Below, piece after piece: positions 1 to 8,543 of a DNA stretch of 64,000 bases. The notes beneath the pieces are model-generated. The model saw nothing but the letters and a program-made list of their open reading frames with translations. It made no database searches and was not told the origin of the DNA. Source of the stretch: Patescibacteria group bacterium (lineage in GTDB: Bacteria > Patescibacteriota > Patescibacteriia > Patescibacteriales > UBA12075); NCBI GenBank assembly GCA_018897195.1, contig JAHILH010000006.1, positions 2,152 to 66,151 of the forward strand. Reading direction: 5' to 3'. The position numbers were made by a program, and so were the translations under genes. How positions within the stretch are numbered: the first letter of the stretch is position 1; each line of letters starts with the position of its first letter.

Positions 1-1
1 G

Positions 2-1360
2 CTCGGACAAGTCCCTGCCTTAGTGACTAATGATAATGGAGTAATTCGTCCAGGTGATTCTTTGACTTCCGCTTCATTAACCCCTGGCTTCCTAATGCGG
101 GCTAATCCTGGTGACTCCACTGTCGGTGTCGCCTTGGAAAGTTTTGATGCCAGCGCTGGCAAGATTAACGTTTTGATTTCACGTCGCAATAAAAGTTTAA
201 CCGTGGAAACAGTAGAAGCAGAAGTGTCAAAACGGATTGCCGATATGGCGATTGAAGATGATGTACGTGTAATGATTTCTGATTCTTTGAAATCTTTGGA
301 TGTAACTGATCAAATTAAGACGATAATTGCCAGTGAATTAAATATTTTTGATAGCCGTTTGACATTGAAGTTTGATGCAATGAGCGGACAACTCACTAGC
401 TTAGAAGATAAATATACCGACCTGGATACGCGACTAGTTCGCTTAGAAAACAATTTCAGTTTAATGAATGATGAGCTCGGTCAAGCGAGCACCACTATGG
501 CACGAATGCAGTCGGCTATAGATTTATTAAATGAAAACACAATCAGCTCTGTGGAAATCTTTGACCCGTTCCTAAATGCGAGCACGACCGTGGCGATTGC
601 GGATATTATTTCTAATCAAAACGTGGAAATTCTAAACTTGAAAAATAGAGTTGCTGAAAATACGGCTGGAATTACTGGATTAGAATCAAAGGTGATGAGC
701 ATTGAAGAGCGAATGGCTCTTTTGGAGGATGCAAATAAAACTACGGCAACTAATACAGCTGACGTTTTGTTGGCAGATCTGCCAACCTCTGACTCCATTT
801 TTGATATTGTAATTGCAAAACTAAATCTATTCGGTGTCTTTATCTCTGACAAGATTATCGGTGTCAAGAATCTGATTGCCGATATGATTGATACGCGTGA
901 AATCAAGATTACGCAGACGGAAGTAGCTACTGATAATATTATTGGTGGCGGATTTATTCCGGCCGGAGCAACCAGCACGGTGATTGTAAGTAGCAAGATT
1001 GCCACTAGTTCCAAAATATTTGTCACTTTCCGTAGCGATTATGGCTCACGTTGGTGGATTGGTGAGCAGGTGAGTGGCACGTCAACAATTGTAATTGCTG
1101 AACCATTAACGACTGATATTTATTTTGATTGGTGGGTGATTGGAGTTAATCCGATTATACCCCCAGTTGCCACAACAACGGAGGCGGTAATTCCCGATGT
1201 TAATGTAGATGATGCTATTGAAGCTATTATGGATACGGCAACCGCAACGACAACTGAAGCTACTGCTACCACAGAGATTGCGCCGGTTGATAATATTGCC
1301 ACGACTACGATAAGTAATTTAGTTGATAATACAGAAACAGTTGCAACGACCACGCCATAG
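2..1360 (+). CDS. C-terminal part of a large surface/fibre-like protein (5'-truncated by window edge)
   Basis: Frame is open from nt 2 (LGQVPALVTNDNGVIRPGDSLTS...VGVALE), resembling the Peptidase_G2/chaperone-like segment of CPR fibre proteins. It is followed by a coiled coil, an FDWWVI domain and a Thr/Ala-rich tail. Confidence 0.6.
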   Translation, partial: LGQVPALVTNDNGVIRPGDSLTSASLTPGFLMRANPGDSTVGVALESFDASAGKINVLISRRNKSLTVETVEAEVSKRIADMAIEDDVRVMISDSLKSLDVTDQIKTIIASELNIFDSRLTLKFDAMSGQLTSLEDKYTDLDTRLVRLENNFSLMNDELGQASTTMARMQSAIDLLNENTISSVEIFDPFLNASTTVAIADIISNQNVEILNLKNRVAENTAGITGLESKVMSIEERMALLEDANKTTATNTADVLLADLPTSDSIFDIVIAKLNLFGVFISDKIIGVKNLIADMIDTREIKITQTEVATDNIIGGGFIPAGATSTVIVSSKIATSSKIFVTFRSDYGSRWWIGEQVSGTSTIVIAEPLTTDIYFDWWVIGVNPIIPPVATTTEAVIPDVNVDDAIEAIMDTATATTTEATATTEIAPVDNIATTTISNLVDNTETVATTTP

Positions 1361-1436
1361 TAAATAACTGTCATTATAAGACGATATTAAAATCATAATA
1401 TTGTTCTTGTGTGGTATTTATATAAAAAAAATAAAG

Positions 1437-1465
1437 CTCGCCTTGGCTAGAACTGTGGCGTGGCA
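1437..1465 (+). repeat. Short palindromic repeat, family A (degenerate copy)
   Basis: ctcgccttggctagaactgtggcgtggca; similar to copies at 1545, 59894 and 61196. Confidence 0.5.
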
Positions 1466-1544
1466 AAACAAATCAAAATAAAAAATCAAAAATAAAAAAA
1501 AGATAATCTATCTTTATCCCTCCTTCGCAGGATGATGAAGTAGA

Positions 1545-1573
1545 CCCACCTTCGCTAGGCTACGGCGCGGCGA
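1545..1573 (+). repeat. Short palindromic repeat, family A (CC.CCTTCGCTA..GCTACGGCG.GGCGA)
   Basis: cccaccttcgctaggctacggcgcggcga; closely matches the reverse complement of 61196-61231. Confidence 0.65.
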
Positions 1574-1597
1574 TGTAAAACAAAAAAAACTTAATAA

Positions 1598-1638
1598 AAA
1601 AAATACAAAAGCCCCGAAAAGGGGTTTTTGTATTTTTT
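1598..1638 (+). terminator. Intrinsic terminator
   Basis: aaaaaatacaaaagcccc-gaaaa-ggggtttttgtatttttt stem with T tract. Confidence 0.8.
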
Positions 1639-1665
1639 GACATTTGTCCTAATTTTTATTATAGT
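1637..1665 (+). promoter_or_regulatory. Sigma70-type promoter
   Basis: TTGACA-17 nt-TATAGT upstream of the ATG at 1701. Confidence 0.65.
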
Positions 1666-1700
1666 ATAAAGGTAATTAAGCGCAAATTTATAGTAATTTT

Positions 1701-2960
1701 ATGTTTAAGAAAATAATTCTCACAATTATAGTTTTAGCCGGTTTCTGGGGCGCAAATGCTCAGGCGGTGGAAAACAAAAAAATCGATCTTTACTTCTTTT
1801 ATGGACAAGGATGCCCCCATTGTGCTAAGGAGGAAATTTTTTTGGCGAAATTGGAAGAGACCAAAAGTAATCTCGTTATTCATCGCTATGAAGTTTGGTA
1901 TAACAAGGATAATGCGGATTTATTAGCCAAGGTTGCCAAAAGTATTAACTTGAATGTTTCCGGAGTGCCGATTCTCTTCGTGGGGACGGAAAATGTGGTT
2001 GGTTATGGCGGTGATGAGTCAACCGGTAAAGATATTTTGAAGACAATTAAATATTACGAAGATTATGGTTGCACGGATATTATTGCGCCGATAATAGGCA
2101 ATGTTGTTAATGAAAAGACGGATTGTATTCATGATTGTGCCGGCGGACCGGATTGTCCTCATAATTGTGGTTGTAGCGCCAAGACCAATGAAGACACAAG
2201 CGCTACCAAGGTGCCAGAAGCCATTAAAGTTCCTTTTATTGGCGAGATAAAGATAGCATCTGTCTCATTGCCGGTTTTAACAATTATGATTGCGGCTGTT
2301 GATGGATTTAATCCGTGTGCAATGTGGGTGTTGATATTTTTAATTTCACTTTTACTGAAAATGGAAAATCGCAGACGGATGTGGATTTTGGGTGCTGCTT
2401 TTATCGGAGCCAGTGGAGCGGTTTATTTCCTTTTCTTATCGGCTTGGTTGAACTTGTTTATTTTTATTGGATATGTTTTCTGGATTCGATTGTTGATCGC
2501 CTTGGTAGCCTTAGGCAGTGGCGGTTACCATTTATATGATTTTTGGAAAAATCGTAATGGCGGCTGCATTGTTGAGGGTGGCGAAAAAAGACGCGCAGTT
2601 TTTGAGAGGATTAGGCACATCATTAGCGAACGTCATTTTTATTTAGCTTTGGGCGGAATTATGCTTTTGGCGGTTGCGGTCAATATGGTGGAGCTGGTTT
2701 GCAGCATCGGCTTGCCAGCTGTCTATACGCAAGTCTTGGCCTTATCCAATCTACCGAGCTGGCAATATTATTCCTATCTATTCTTGTATATTATAATTTT
2801 CATGTTAGATGATATGATAATTTTTGTGCTTGCCATGAAGACTTTAAAAATAAAAGCAATCAGTTCCAAATATAGCCGTTGGTCAGGATTAATCGGGGGA
2901 ATCGTGATGTTTATTATTGGCGTGTTGTTGATTTTTAAACCAGGATGGCTAATGTTCTAA
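1701..2960 (+). CDS. Thioredoxin/glutaredoxin domain fused to a CcdA/DsbD-like multi-TM domain
   Basis: Signal peptide, FYGQGCPHC motif, Cys/His-rich linker, about 6 TM helices with DGFNPC and ELVCS cysteines. Confidence 0.75.
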   Translation: MFKKIILTIIVLAGFWGANAQAVENKKIDLYFFYGQGCPHCAKEEIFLAKLEETKSNLVIHRYEVWYNKDNADLLAKVAKSINLNVSGVPILFVGTENVVGYGGDESTGKDILKTIKYYEDYGCTDIIAPIIGNVVNEKTDCIHDCAGGPDCPHNCGCSAKTNEDTSATKVPEAIKVPFIGEIKIASVSLPVLTIMIAAVDGFNPCAMWVLIFLISLLLKMENRRRMWILGAAFIGASGAVYFLFLSAWLNLFIFIGYVFWIRLLIALVALGSGGYHLYDFWKNRNGGCIVEGGEKRRAVFERIRHIISERHFYLALGGIMLLAVAVNMVELVCSIGLPAVYTQVLALSNLPSWQYYSYLFLYIIIFMLDDMIIFVLAMKTLKIKAISSKYSRWSGLIGGIVMFIIGVLLIFKPGWLMF

Positions 2961-2966
2961 CGAACA

Positions 2967-2998
2967 TAATTACGAATTATTAATTACGAATTACGAAT
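2967..2998 (+). repeat. Short heptamer tandem repeat (TTACGAA-type)
   Basis: taattacgaattattaattacgaattacgaat. Confidence 0.5.
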
Positions 2999-3007
2999 GT
3001 TTATATA

Positions 3008-3045
3008 CTCCCTCGCCCCGCGGGAGAGGGCTGGGGTGAGGGGAG
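3008..3045 (+). repeat. Palindromic REP-like repeat, family B (CTCCCTC...GGAGAGGG.TGGGGTGAGG)
   Basis: GC-rich element related to copies at 34396 and 37894. Confidence 0.7.
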
Positions 3046-3052
3046 AAATGTC

Positions 3053-4168
3053 ATGAATTATATGTTCAGAAAAATCTTATTAATTTCCATATTAATCTTA
3101 ACACCTTTTTTAGCATCAGCGGAAGGCTTGGAAACGAGCGGGACTACTGATGTCATTTTTAAGGCGCGTGTGACGGAGATTTTACAAGATCAAAATACGA
3201 CATTGCCAGATGGAATAGTCGTGCGTCAGCAAAACGTAAAGTTAAAAGGCTTGAATGGTGATTTTGTGAATAAGGAAGTTGTTTTTACCGGCATTGGTGA
3301 TTTTGATGCAGTTAACAAGAATATTTATGAAGTCGGCGACAAGGTTTTAGCAGTGGCAAGTTATGACGCGGAAAATAATGTTAATTATTACATTACTGAC
3401 TATGTGCGTAATGATGCGCTCAATTGGCTTTTTGGTCTTTTCGTCTTGACGCTACTATTGGTTGGTCGCTGGAAAGGCCTGCGTTCAATAATTTCGCTGG
3501 TCTTATCTTTTTTGGTTATAATTAAATATATAATTCCGCAAATTTTAGATGGTGCCGATCCGATTATTGTGACGCTGATTGGCTCCTTGGTAATTTTATT
3601 AGCGGTTATATATTTTACCGAGGGTTTTAATAAGGTTTCACACATTGCGACCGTGAGTATGTTGTTGAGTCTCTCGTTCGCGATTTTTTTGTCCTGGTTT
3701 TTTGTGGAAGCGGTAAAATTATCCGGTTTTGCGAGTGAGGAAATGTCCTTCTTGGTAACCTTAAGCAGTGGGACAATAAATTTTAAAGGCTTACTTTTGG
3801 CCGGAATTATTATCGGTTTTCTGGGCGTGTTGGACGATGTAGTGATTTCGCAAATTGCGACCGTGGAGCAATTACTGGAAACTGATCCAATGCAAAGTCG
3901 TAAAGCATTATTTAAAAAAGCTCATAAGGTTGGCATCGCGCATATTAGTTCCATGACTAACACTTTATTTCTAGCTTATGCCGGCGCATCTTTACCTTTA
4001 TTGGTTTTGTTCTCCTCGGGACAAAGTGCGTTTACATCTTTTGCCGATATTATTAATAATGAATCGATTGCAGAGGAAATCGTGAGAACCTTAACTGGTA
4101 GCGTGGGCTTGATTTTGGCTGTGCCGATTTCCACTTGGATTGCGGTGCGCTGGTTGTCGAAACGCTAA
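3053..4168 (+). CDS. YibE/F family membrane protein
   Basis: N-terminal extracellular domain, DYVR motif, multiple TMs, GVLDDVVISQ and NTLFLAYAGASLP motifs. Confidence 0.85.
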   Translation: MNYMFRKILLISILILTPFLASAEGLETSGTTDVIFKARVTEILQDQNTTLPDGIVVRQQNVKLKGLNGDFVNKEVVFTGIGDFDAVNKNIYEVGDKVLAVASYDAENNVNYYITDYVRNDALNWLFGLFVLTLLLVGRWKGLRSIISLVLSFLVIIKYIIPQILDGADPIIVTLIGSLVILLAVIYFTEGFNKVSHIATVSMLLSLSFAIFLSWFFVEAVKLSGFASEEMSFLVTLSSGTINFKGLLLAGIIIGFLGVLDDVVISQIATVEQLLETDPMQSRKALFKKAHKVGIAHISSMTNTLFLAYAGASLPLLVLFSSGQSAFTSFADIINNESIAEEIVRTLTGSVGLILAVPISTWIAVRWLSKR

Positions 4169-4172
4169 TATT

Positions 4173-5903
4173 ATGATTGATAAAAAAAATCAAACTTCAA
4201 ATAAGAAAAAGGCAAATATTTTTGACTTATTAAAGCCGTACACCTGGTCAATCGGTAGCTTGGTGGTTTTGGCGGTAACGAGCAGTGGCCTGGGTTTAGT
4301 TTTGCCAAAAATAATCGCGCACTCCATTGACTCTTATATTCACCACATTTTTGTTTTAAAGACATTGATTCTTCAATTTGGTCTGATCTCAATAGCTATT
4401 TTTGTAGCGACTTATTTACAGAGCATAGTTCAGACATATGCCTCAGAACGAGTGGCGCTAGATTTACGGCGTCAGCTGACGGACAAGATTTCTCGTCAAA
4501 GTCATGCCTTTATTGAGGGGGTGACTCAGGCTAAGCTCTTGACCAATTTAATGACCGATGTCGATGCAATTAAAATGTTTGTCTCAATGGCTATTGTTTC
4601 CTTGGTCTCATCGGTGATTATTGTAATCGGAGCTAGTATTTTATTACTGACCATTGATTGGGAGTTGGCCTTGGCAGTTTTGGTAATCATACCTATTATT
4701 GCTTTTATGTTCTACTTTATTTTTAGTCGTGTTAAGTTGTTAATGAAACAAAGAAGTGAGGTGATTGACTGGTTGAATAAGGTTATTAATGAAAGTATCT
4801 TGGGGGCAACCTTGATTCGTGTTTTAAATTCCCAGCAACCGGAGTATGAAAAGTTTGTTGCCGCTAATGCGCAAGCACAAAGTGTCGGTATTAAAATCTT
4901 GAGAATGTTCGCGAGCATGATGCCTGTAATTACCTTTGTTGGTAATATGGCGATGTTGATTATTCTCTCCCTGGGTGGACATTTTGTAATCACGAACGCC
5001 ATGACACTGGGAGACTTTACCGCCTTTAATAGTTACATTGCTTTGCTAATTTTTCCTGTGTTAATTATTGGGATGATGAGTAATGCTATTGCTCAAGCGA
5101 CGGCATCATATGAACGTATTGCCGAGGTGTTAGAGTCAGAAGAAGAACCAAGGACTGGAACGCTAACAACGCGCTTGCGTGGCGATGTTGAGGTGAAGGA
5201 TGTGGTGATTAAGCATGGCGATAAAGCGACTTTAAAAAATGTTTCTTTTTTGGCTCAAGCAGGTAGTCGCACGGCTATTATTGGACCAACGGCTGCGGGT
5301 AAGACCTTATTGCTTTATTCCTTGATTGGCCTGGTTAAACCAGATGCCGGCATGATTGAATATGACCAGCGCGTTATCAGTGATTATGACGCGGAGGCCT
5401 TGCATCAGCAAATCGGTTTTGTTTTTCAGGACAGTATTATTTTTAATTTAACTTTGCGCGAAAATATCGCGTTTAGCGATACGGTCAAAGATGCTGACTT
5501 GCAAAAAGCCTTGGACGCGGCCGAACTTAAGGATTTTGTTGATGCTTTACCGCAAGGCTTAGATACCATGGTGTCCGAGCGTGGCTCCTCTTTGTCTGGC
5601 GGTCAGAAGCAACGCATCATGTTGGCGAGGGCTTTGGCGCTCAATCCGCGCGTCTTGCTTTTGGATGATTTTACGGCCCGTGTTGATAATCGCACTGAAC
5701 AAAAGATTTTGGAAAATATTATTCATAATTATCCCGACTTAACCTTAATTTCGGTGACGCAAAAAATTAGTTCGATTGAAAAATACGACCAAATAATTTT
5801 ATTAATGGAGGGGGAGGTGATTGCAGCCGGACTGCACGATGATTTATTGAAAAATTGTCCGGAATACGTGCAGATTTATAATTCACAACAGAGCACCGAA
5901 TAG
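4173..5903 (+). CDS. ABC exporter half-transporter (TMD+NBD), degenerate-site subunit
   Basis: 6-TM domain, GPTAAGKT, LSGGQ, Walker B LLLDD (E to D), switch H replaced by Q; ATG at 4173 preferred over TTG at 4140. Confidence 0.9.
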   Translation: MIDKKNQTSNKKKANIFDLLKPYTWSIGSLVVLAVTSSGLGLVLPKIIAHSIDSYIHHIFVLKTLILQFGLISIAIFVATYLQSIVQTYASERVALDLRRQLTDKISRQSHAFIEGVTQAKLLTNLMTDVDAIKMFVSMAIVSLVSSVIIVIGASILLLTIDWELALAVLVIIPIIAFMFYFIFSRVKLLMKQRSEVIDWLNKVINESILGATLIRVLNSQQPEYEKFVAANAQAQSVGIKILRMFASMMPVITFVGNMAMLIILSLGGHFVITNAMTLGDFTAFNSYIALLIFPVLIIGMMSNAIAQATASYERIAEVLESEEEPRTGTLTTRLRGDVEVKDVVIKHGDKATLKNVSFLAQAGSRTAIIGPTAAGKTLLLYSLIGLVKPDAGMIEYDQRVISDYDAEALHQQIGFVFQDSIIFNLTLRENIAFSDTVKDADLQKALDAAELKDFVDALPQGLDTMVSERGSSLSGGQKQRIMLARALALNPRVLLLDDFTARVDNRTEQKILENIIHNYPDLTLISVTQKISSIEKYDQIILLMEGEVIAAGLHDDLLKNCPEYVQIYNSQQSTE

Positions 5904-5907
5904 GATT

Positions 5908-7674
5908 ATGAACAATTATGCCTTAAACAAACCGGATAGCCGGAAAAAGAAAGTTAATATTTGGCGCTCCTTGCAAAGGTTCACGCCTTTTCTGGTTGGT
6001 GAAAAAAAGAGATTACTGCTAGCGATGTTAGCGGTGTTTATTAACGCCGGTCTGAATTTACTAGCGCCGGTTTTGATTGGTCACACTGTCGATGCTTATA
6101 TTTTAACTAAGCAATATTCCGGCGTCTTAACGTTCTCAATTATTTTACTGACGATGTATGTTGTGGCCCTGATTGCCAATTATTTTCAAACAATGTTTAT
6201 GGGCACAGTGGGCCAGCATCTTTTGTTTAATTTGCGTAATGCTATTTTTAGCAAGATTCAATCTTTGCCGGTCGCCTTTTTTAATCAGAATAAGGCGGGT
6301 GATTTAATTTCGCGTATCAATAATGATACAGATAAGTTGAATCAATTTTTTTCCCAAAGTATTCATCAATTCATTGCCAACGTCATCACCATCATCGGGG
6401 CCGGTATTTTTATTGTCACGATTAATTGGCGTCTTGGTTTGGCGACACTGGCCCCAGCCTTATTGTTATTAATTTTTACCAGGATAATTTCGCCGTGGAT
6501 TAAGCGTACGAACGCTGCTAATCTGAAAACTATTGGCGGCTTGAGCGCAGAAATTTCTGAGAGCCTGGACAATTTCAAAGTTATTGTCGCTTTTAATCGT
6601 CGCGATTATTTCCGTCGCAAATTTCACATCGCCAACGAGACTAATTACCACAGTGCGATTAGCGTGGGCATTGCCAATAACACACTAACGCCAGCCTACG
6701 GCTTGGCTTCTAATTTGGCGCAAATCATTGTGATTGGTTATGGCTTATATTTGATTTCGATTGGTAGTTTTACTTTGGGAATTTTAATTAGTTTTTTGAC
6801 CTATGTTAGTCGCTTCTATGATCCACTTAAGCAAATGGCAACGATTTGGTCTAATTTTCAGACTGCCTTGGCGGGTTGGGATCGCATCAATGATATTTTA
6901 TCTTTGCGTTCTGATTTGTCAGTTACACCAGTAATAGAGAGAGGGTTGCAGTCAGATGCCTTGCTGGAATTTCGTAACGTCAGTTTCCGATATGCGCCCG
7001 ACAAAGAAGTTTTGCGCCAGATTAACTTCAGGCTCGAGCCAGGTAAGACTTACGCCTTAGTTGGTCCGACTGGCGGTGGTAAAACAACAACGGCCTCCTT
7101 GATTGCCCGTCTTTATGATCCGAGCGAGGGCACGATTTTCTTGCACGGCCAAGATCTGCATTCCTATGAGACGCGAGACCGAGTTCAGCGGATTGGCTTT
7201 ATTCTGCAAGAACCGTTCTTGTTTACTGGCACGATTCGTGATAATATTTTATATGGCAATGATAAGTATAAAAATTATAACAATGAGCAATTGGCAACTA
7301 TTATTAAAGAGGCTGGTTTGGAAACTTTGTTAATTCGCTTTGATGAAGGCTTGGAAACAAAAATTGCGACCAATGGTGGCACCTTGAGTCTGGGCCAAAA
7401 ACAGCTAGTCGCTTTTATTCGCGCCGTTCTGCGCAATCCCGACATCTTGATTCTTGACGAAGCGACTGCTAATATAGATACAGTCACTGAGCAATTACTT
7501 GAAGAGATTCTGGACAAATTGCCAGCTAAAACTACCAAAGTTATTATCGCGCACCGTCTCAATACAATTGCCAACGCTGATGAGATATTTTTTGTAAATG
7601 GCGGTGATGTTATTTGCGCCGGCTCCATGGCCAATGCCCTGGATATGCTTTTGCATGAGAAGCGAGCAAGCTAA
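5908..7674 (+). CDS. ABC exporter half-transporter (TMD+NBD), consensus-site subunit of a heterodimer
   Basis: GPTGGGKT, LSLGQ, LILDEAT, IAHR; adjacent to its partner as in TM287/288-type pairs. Confidence 0.9.
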   Translation: MNNYALNKPDSRKKKVNIWRSLQRFTPFLVGEKKRLLLAMLAVFINAGLNLLAPVLIGHTVDAYILTKQYSGVLTFSIILLTMYVVALIANYFQTMFMGTVGQHLLFNLRNAIFSKIQSLPVAFFNQNKAGDLISRINNDTDKLNQFFSQSIHQFIANVITIIGAGIFIVTINWRLGLATLAPALLLLIFTRIISPWIKRTNAANLKTIGGLSAEISESLDNFKVIVAFNRRDYFRRKFHIANETNYHSAISVGIANNTLTPAYGLASNLAQIIVIGYGLYLISIGSFTLGILISFLTYVSRFYDPLKQMATIWSNFQTALAGWDRINDILSLRSDLSVTPVIERGLQSDALLEFRNVSFRYAPDKEVLRQINFRLEPGKTYALVGPTGGGKTTTASLIARLYDPSEGTIFLHGQDLHSYETRDRVQRIGFILQEPFLFTGTIRDNILYGNDKYKNYNNEQLATIIKEAGLETLLIRFDEGLETKIATNGGTLSLGQKQLVAFIRAVLRNPDILILDEATANIDTVTEQLLEEILDKLPAKTTKVIIAHRLNTIANADEIFFVNGGDVICAGSMANALDMLLHEKRAS

Positions 7675-7701
7675 GTTTTTTTATTTGTAATTAAAATATT
7701 T

Positions 7702-8484
7702 ATGTTAACCAGTAAAGACAATCAAAAAATAAAAGATATTATTAAGTTGAGAAAATCAGCTAAACGAAAAAAAGACGACTTGATTATCGTCGAAGGTCGC
7801 AAGGAGATTGGCTTGGCCTTGAAATCTGGCTTGAAACCAGAGCAATTATTTTATTCCTTAGAATTTGAAAAAGAAGCGCGCTTTCCTGATTGGAATGTGG
7901 CAAGCTTCACTGAGGTAATTGAAGTTTCTCAAGATATTTTTGCTAAAATTGCTTTTCGGGAGACGCCTGATGGTTATCTGGCGACCTTTAAGCCTCTTAG
8001 ACTGGGTTTGAGTGAGGTGAAGTTGTCAGTAAGCCCCTTTGTGGTTATTTTGGAGTCGATTGAGAAGCCAGGCAATTTGGGGGCTATTTTGCGTACCTGT
8101 GATGCCGCTGGTGTAGATGCTGTTATTGTAGCGGATCAACGCACGGATATATATAATCCCAATGTAATTCGATCAAGCTTGGGTACGGTATTTACGGAAC
8201 AAATCGTTTCAGACACTTTTGAAAATATTATCGAATGGCTAGAGTTGCACAAAATAAAAACCTTTGCAGCAACGCCAGACACCAAGTTGTTGTTCACTGA
8301 GGCTGATTATAATGAACCGACCGCCATCCTAATCGGTACCGAGCATGAAGGCTTGTCTGCTAAGTGGCTAGAAATGGCTAATTATAAAATAAAAATTCCC
8401 ATGAAAGGGAAAATGGACTCACTTAATGCCAGCGTTTCAGCTGGAGTAGTAATTTACGAAGTTGTGCGTCAGCGTGGGTTGTAA
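7702..8484 (+). CDS. TrmH/SpoU family RNA 2'-O-methyltransferase
   Basis: EKPGNLGAILRT, GTEHEGLS and IPMKGKMDSLNAS SPOUT motifs. Confidence 0.92.
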   Translation: MLTSKDNQKIKDIIKLRKSAKRKKDDLIIVEGRKEIGLALKSGLKPEQLFYSLEFEKEARFPDWNVASFTEVIEVSQDIFAKIAFRETPDGYLATFKPLRLGLSEVKLSVSPFVVILESIEKPGNLGAILRTCDAAGVDAVIVADQRTDIYNPNVIRSSLGTVFTEQIVSDTFENIIEWLELHKIKTFAATPDTKLLFTEADYNEPTAILIGTEHEGLSAKWLEMANYKIKIPMKGKMDSLNASVSAGVVIYEVVRQRGL

Positions 8485-8509
8485 AAATTTTGGCTTAAAA
8501 CTATATTTG

Positions 8510-8518
8510 TGGTATAAT
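8510..8518 (+). promoter_or_regulatory. Extended -10 promoter element
   Basis: TGGTATAAT, 25 nt before the ATG at 8544. Confidence 0.5.
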
Positions 8519-8543
8519 AAGGTTATTAAATATAGTTTTCCCC

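Noticed and set aside
1361..1600. Possible tRNA or other known ncRNA in the first intergenic gap
   Set aside because: No cloverleaf or T-loop (GTTCRA) signature; the region is explained by A-rich tracts, family A repeats and a terminator.
4173..7674. Degenerate Walker B/switch motifs as a sign of pseudogenisation
   Set aside because: This is the expected asymmetry of heterodimeric ABC exporters; both ORFs are intact.
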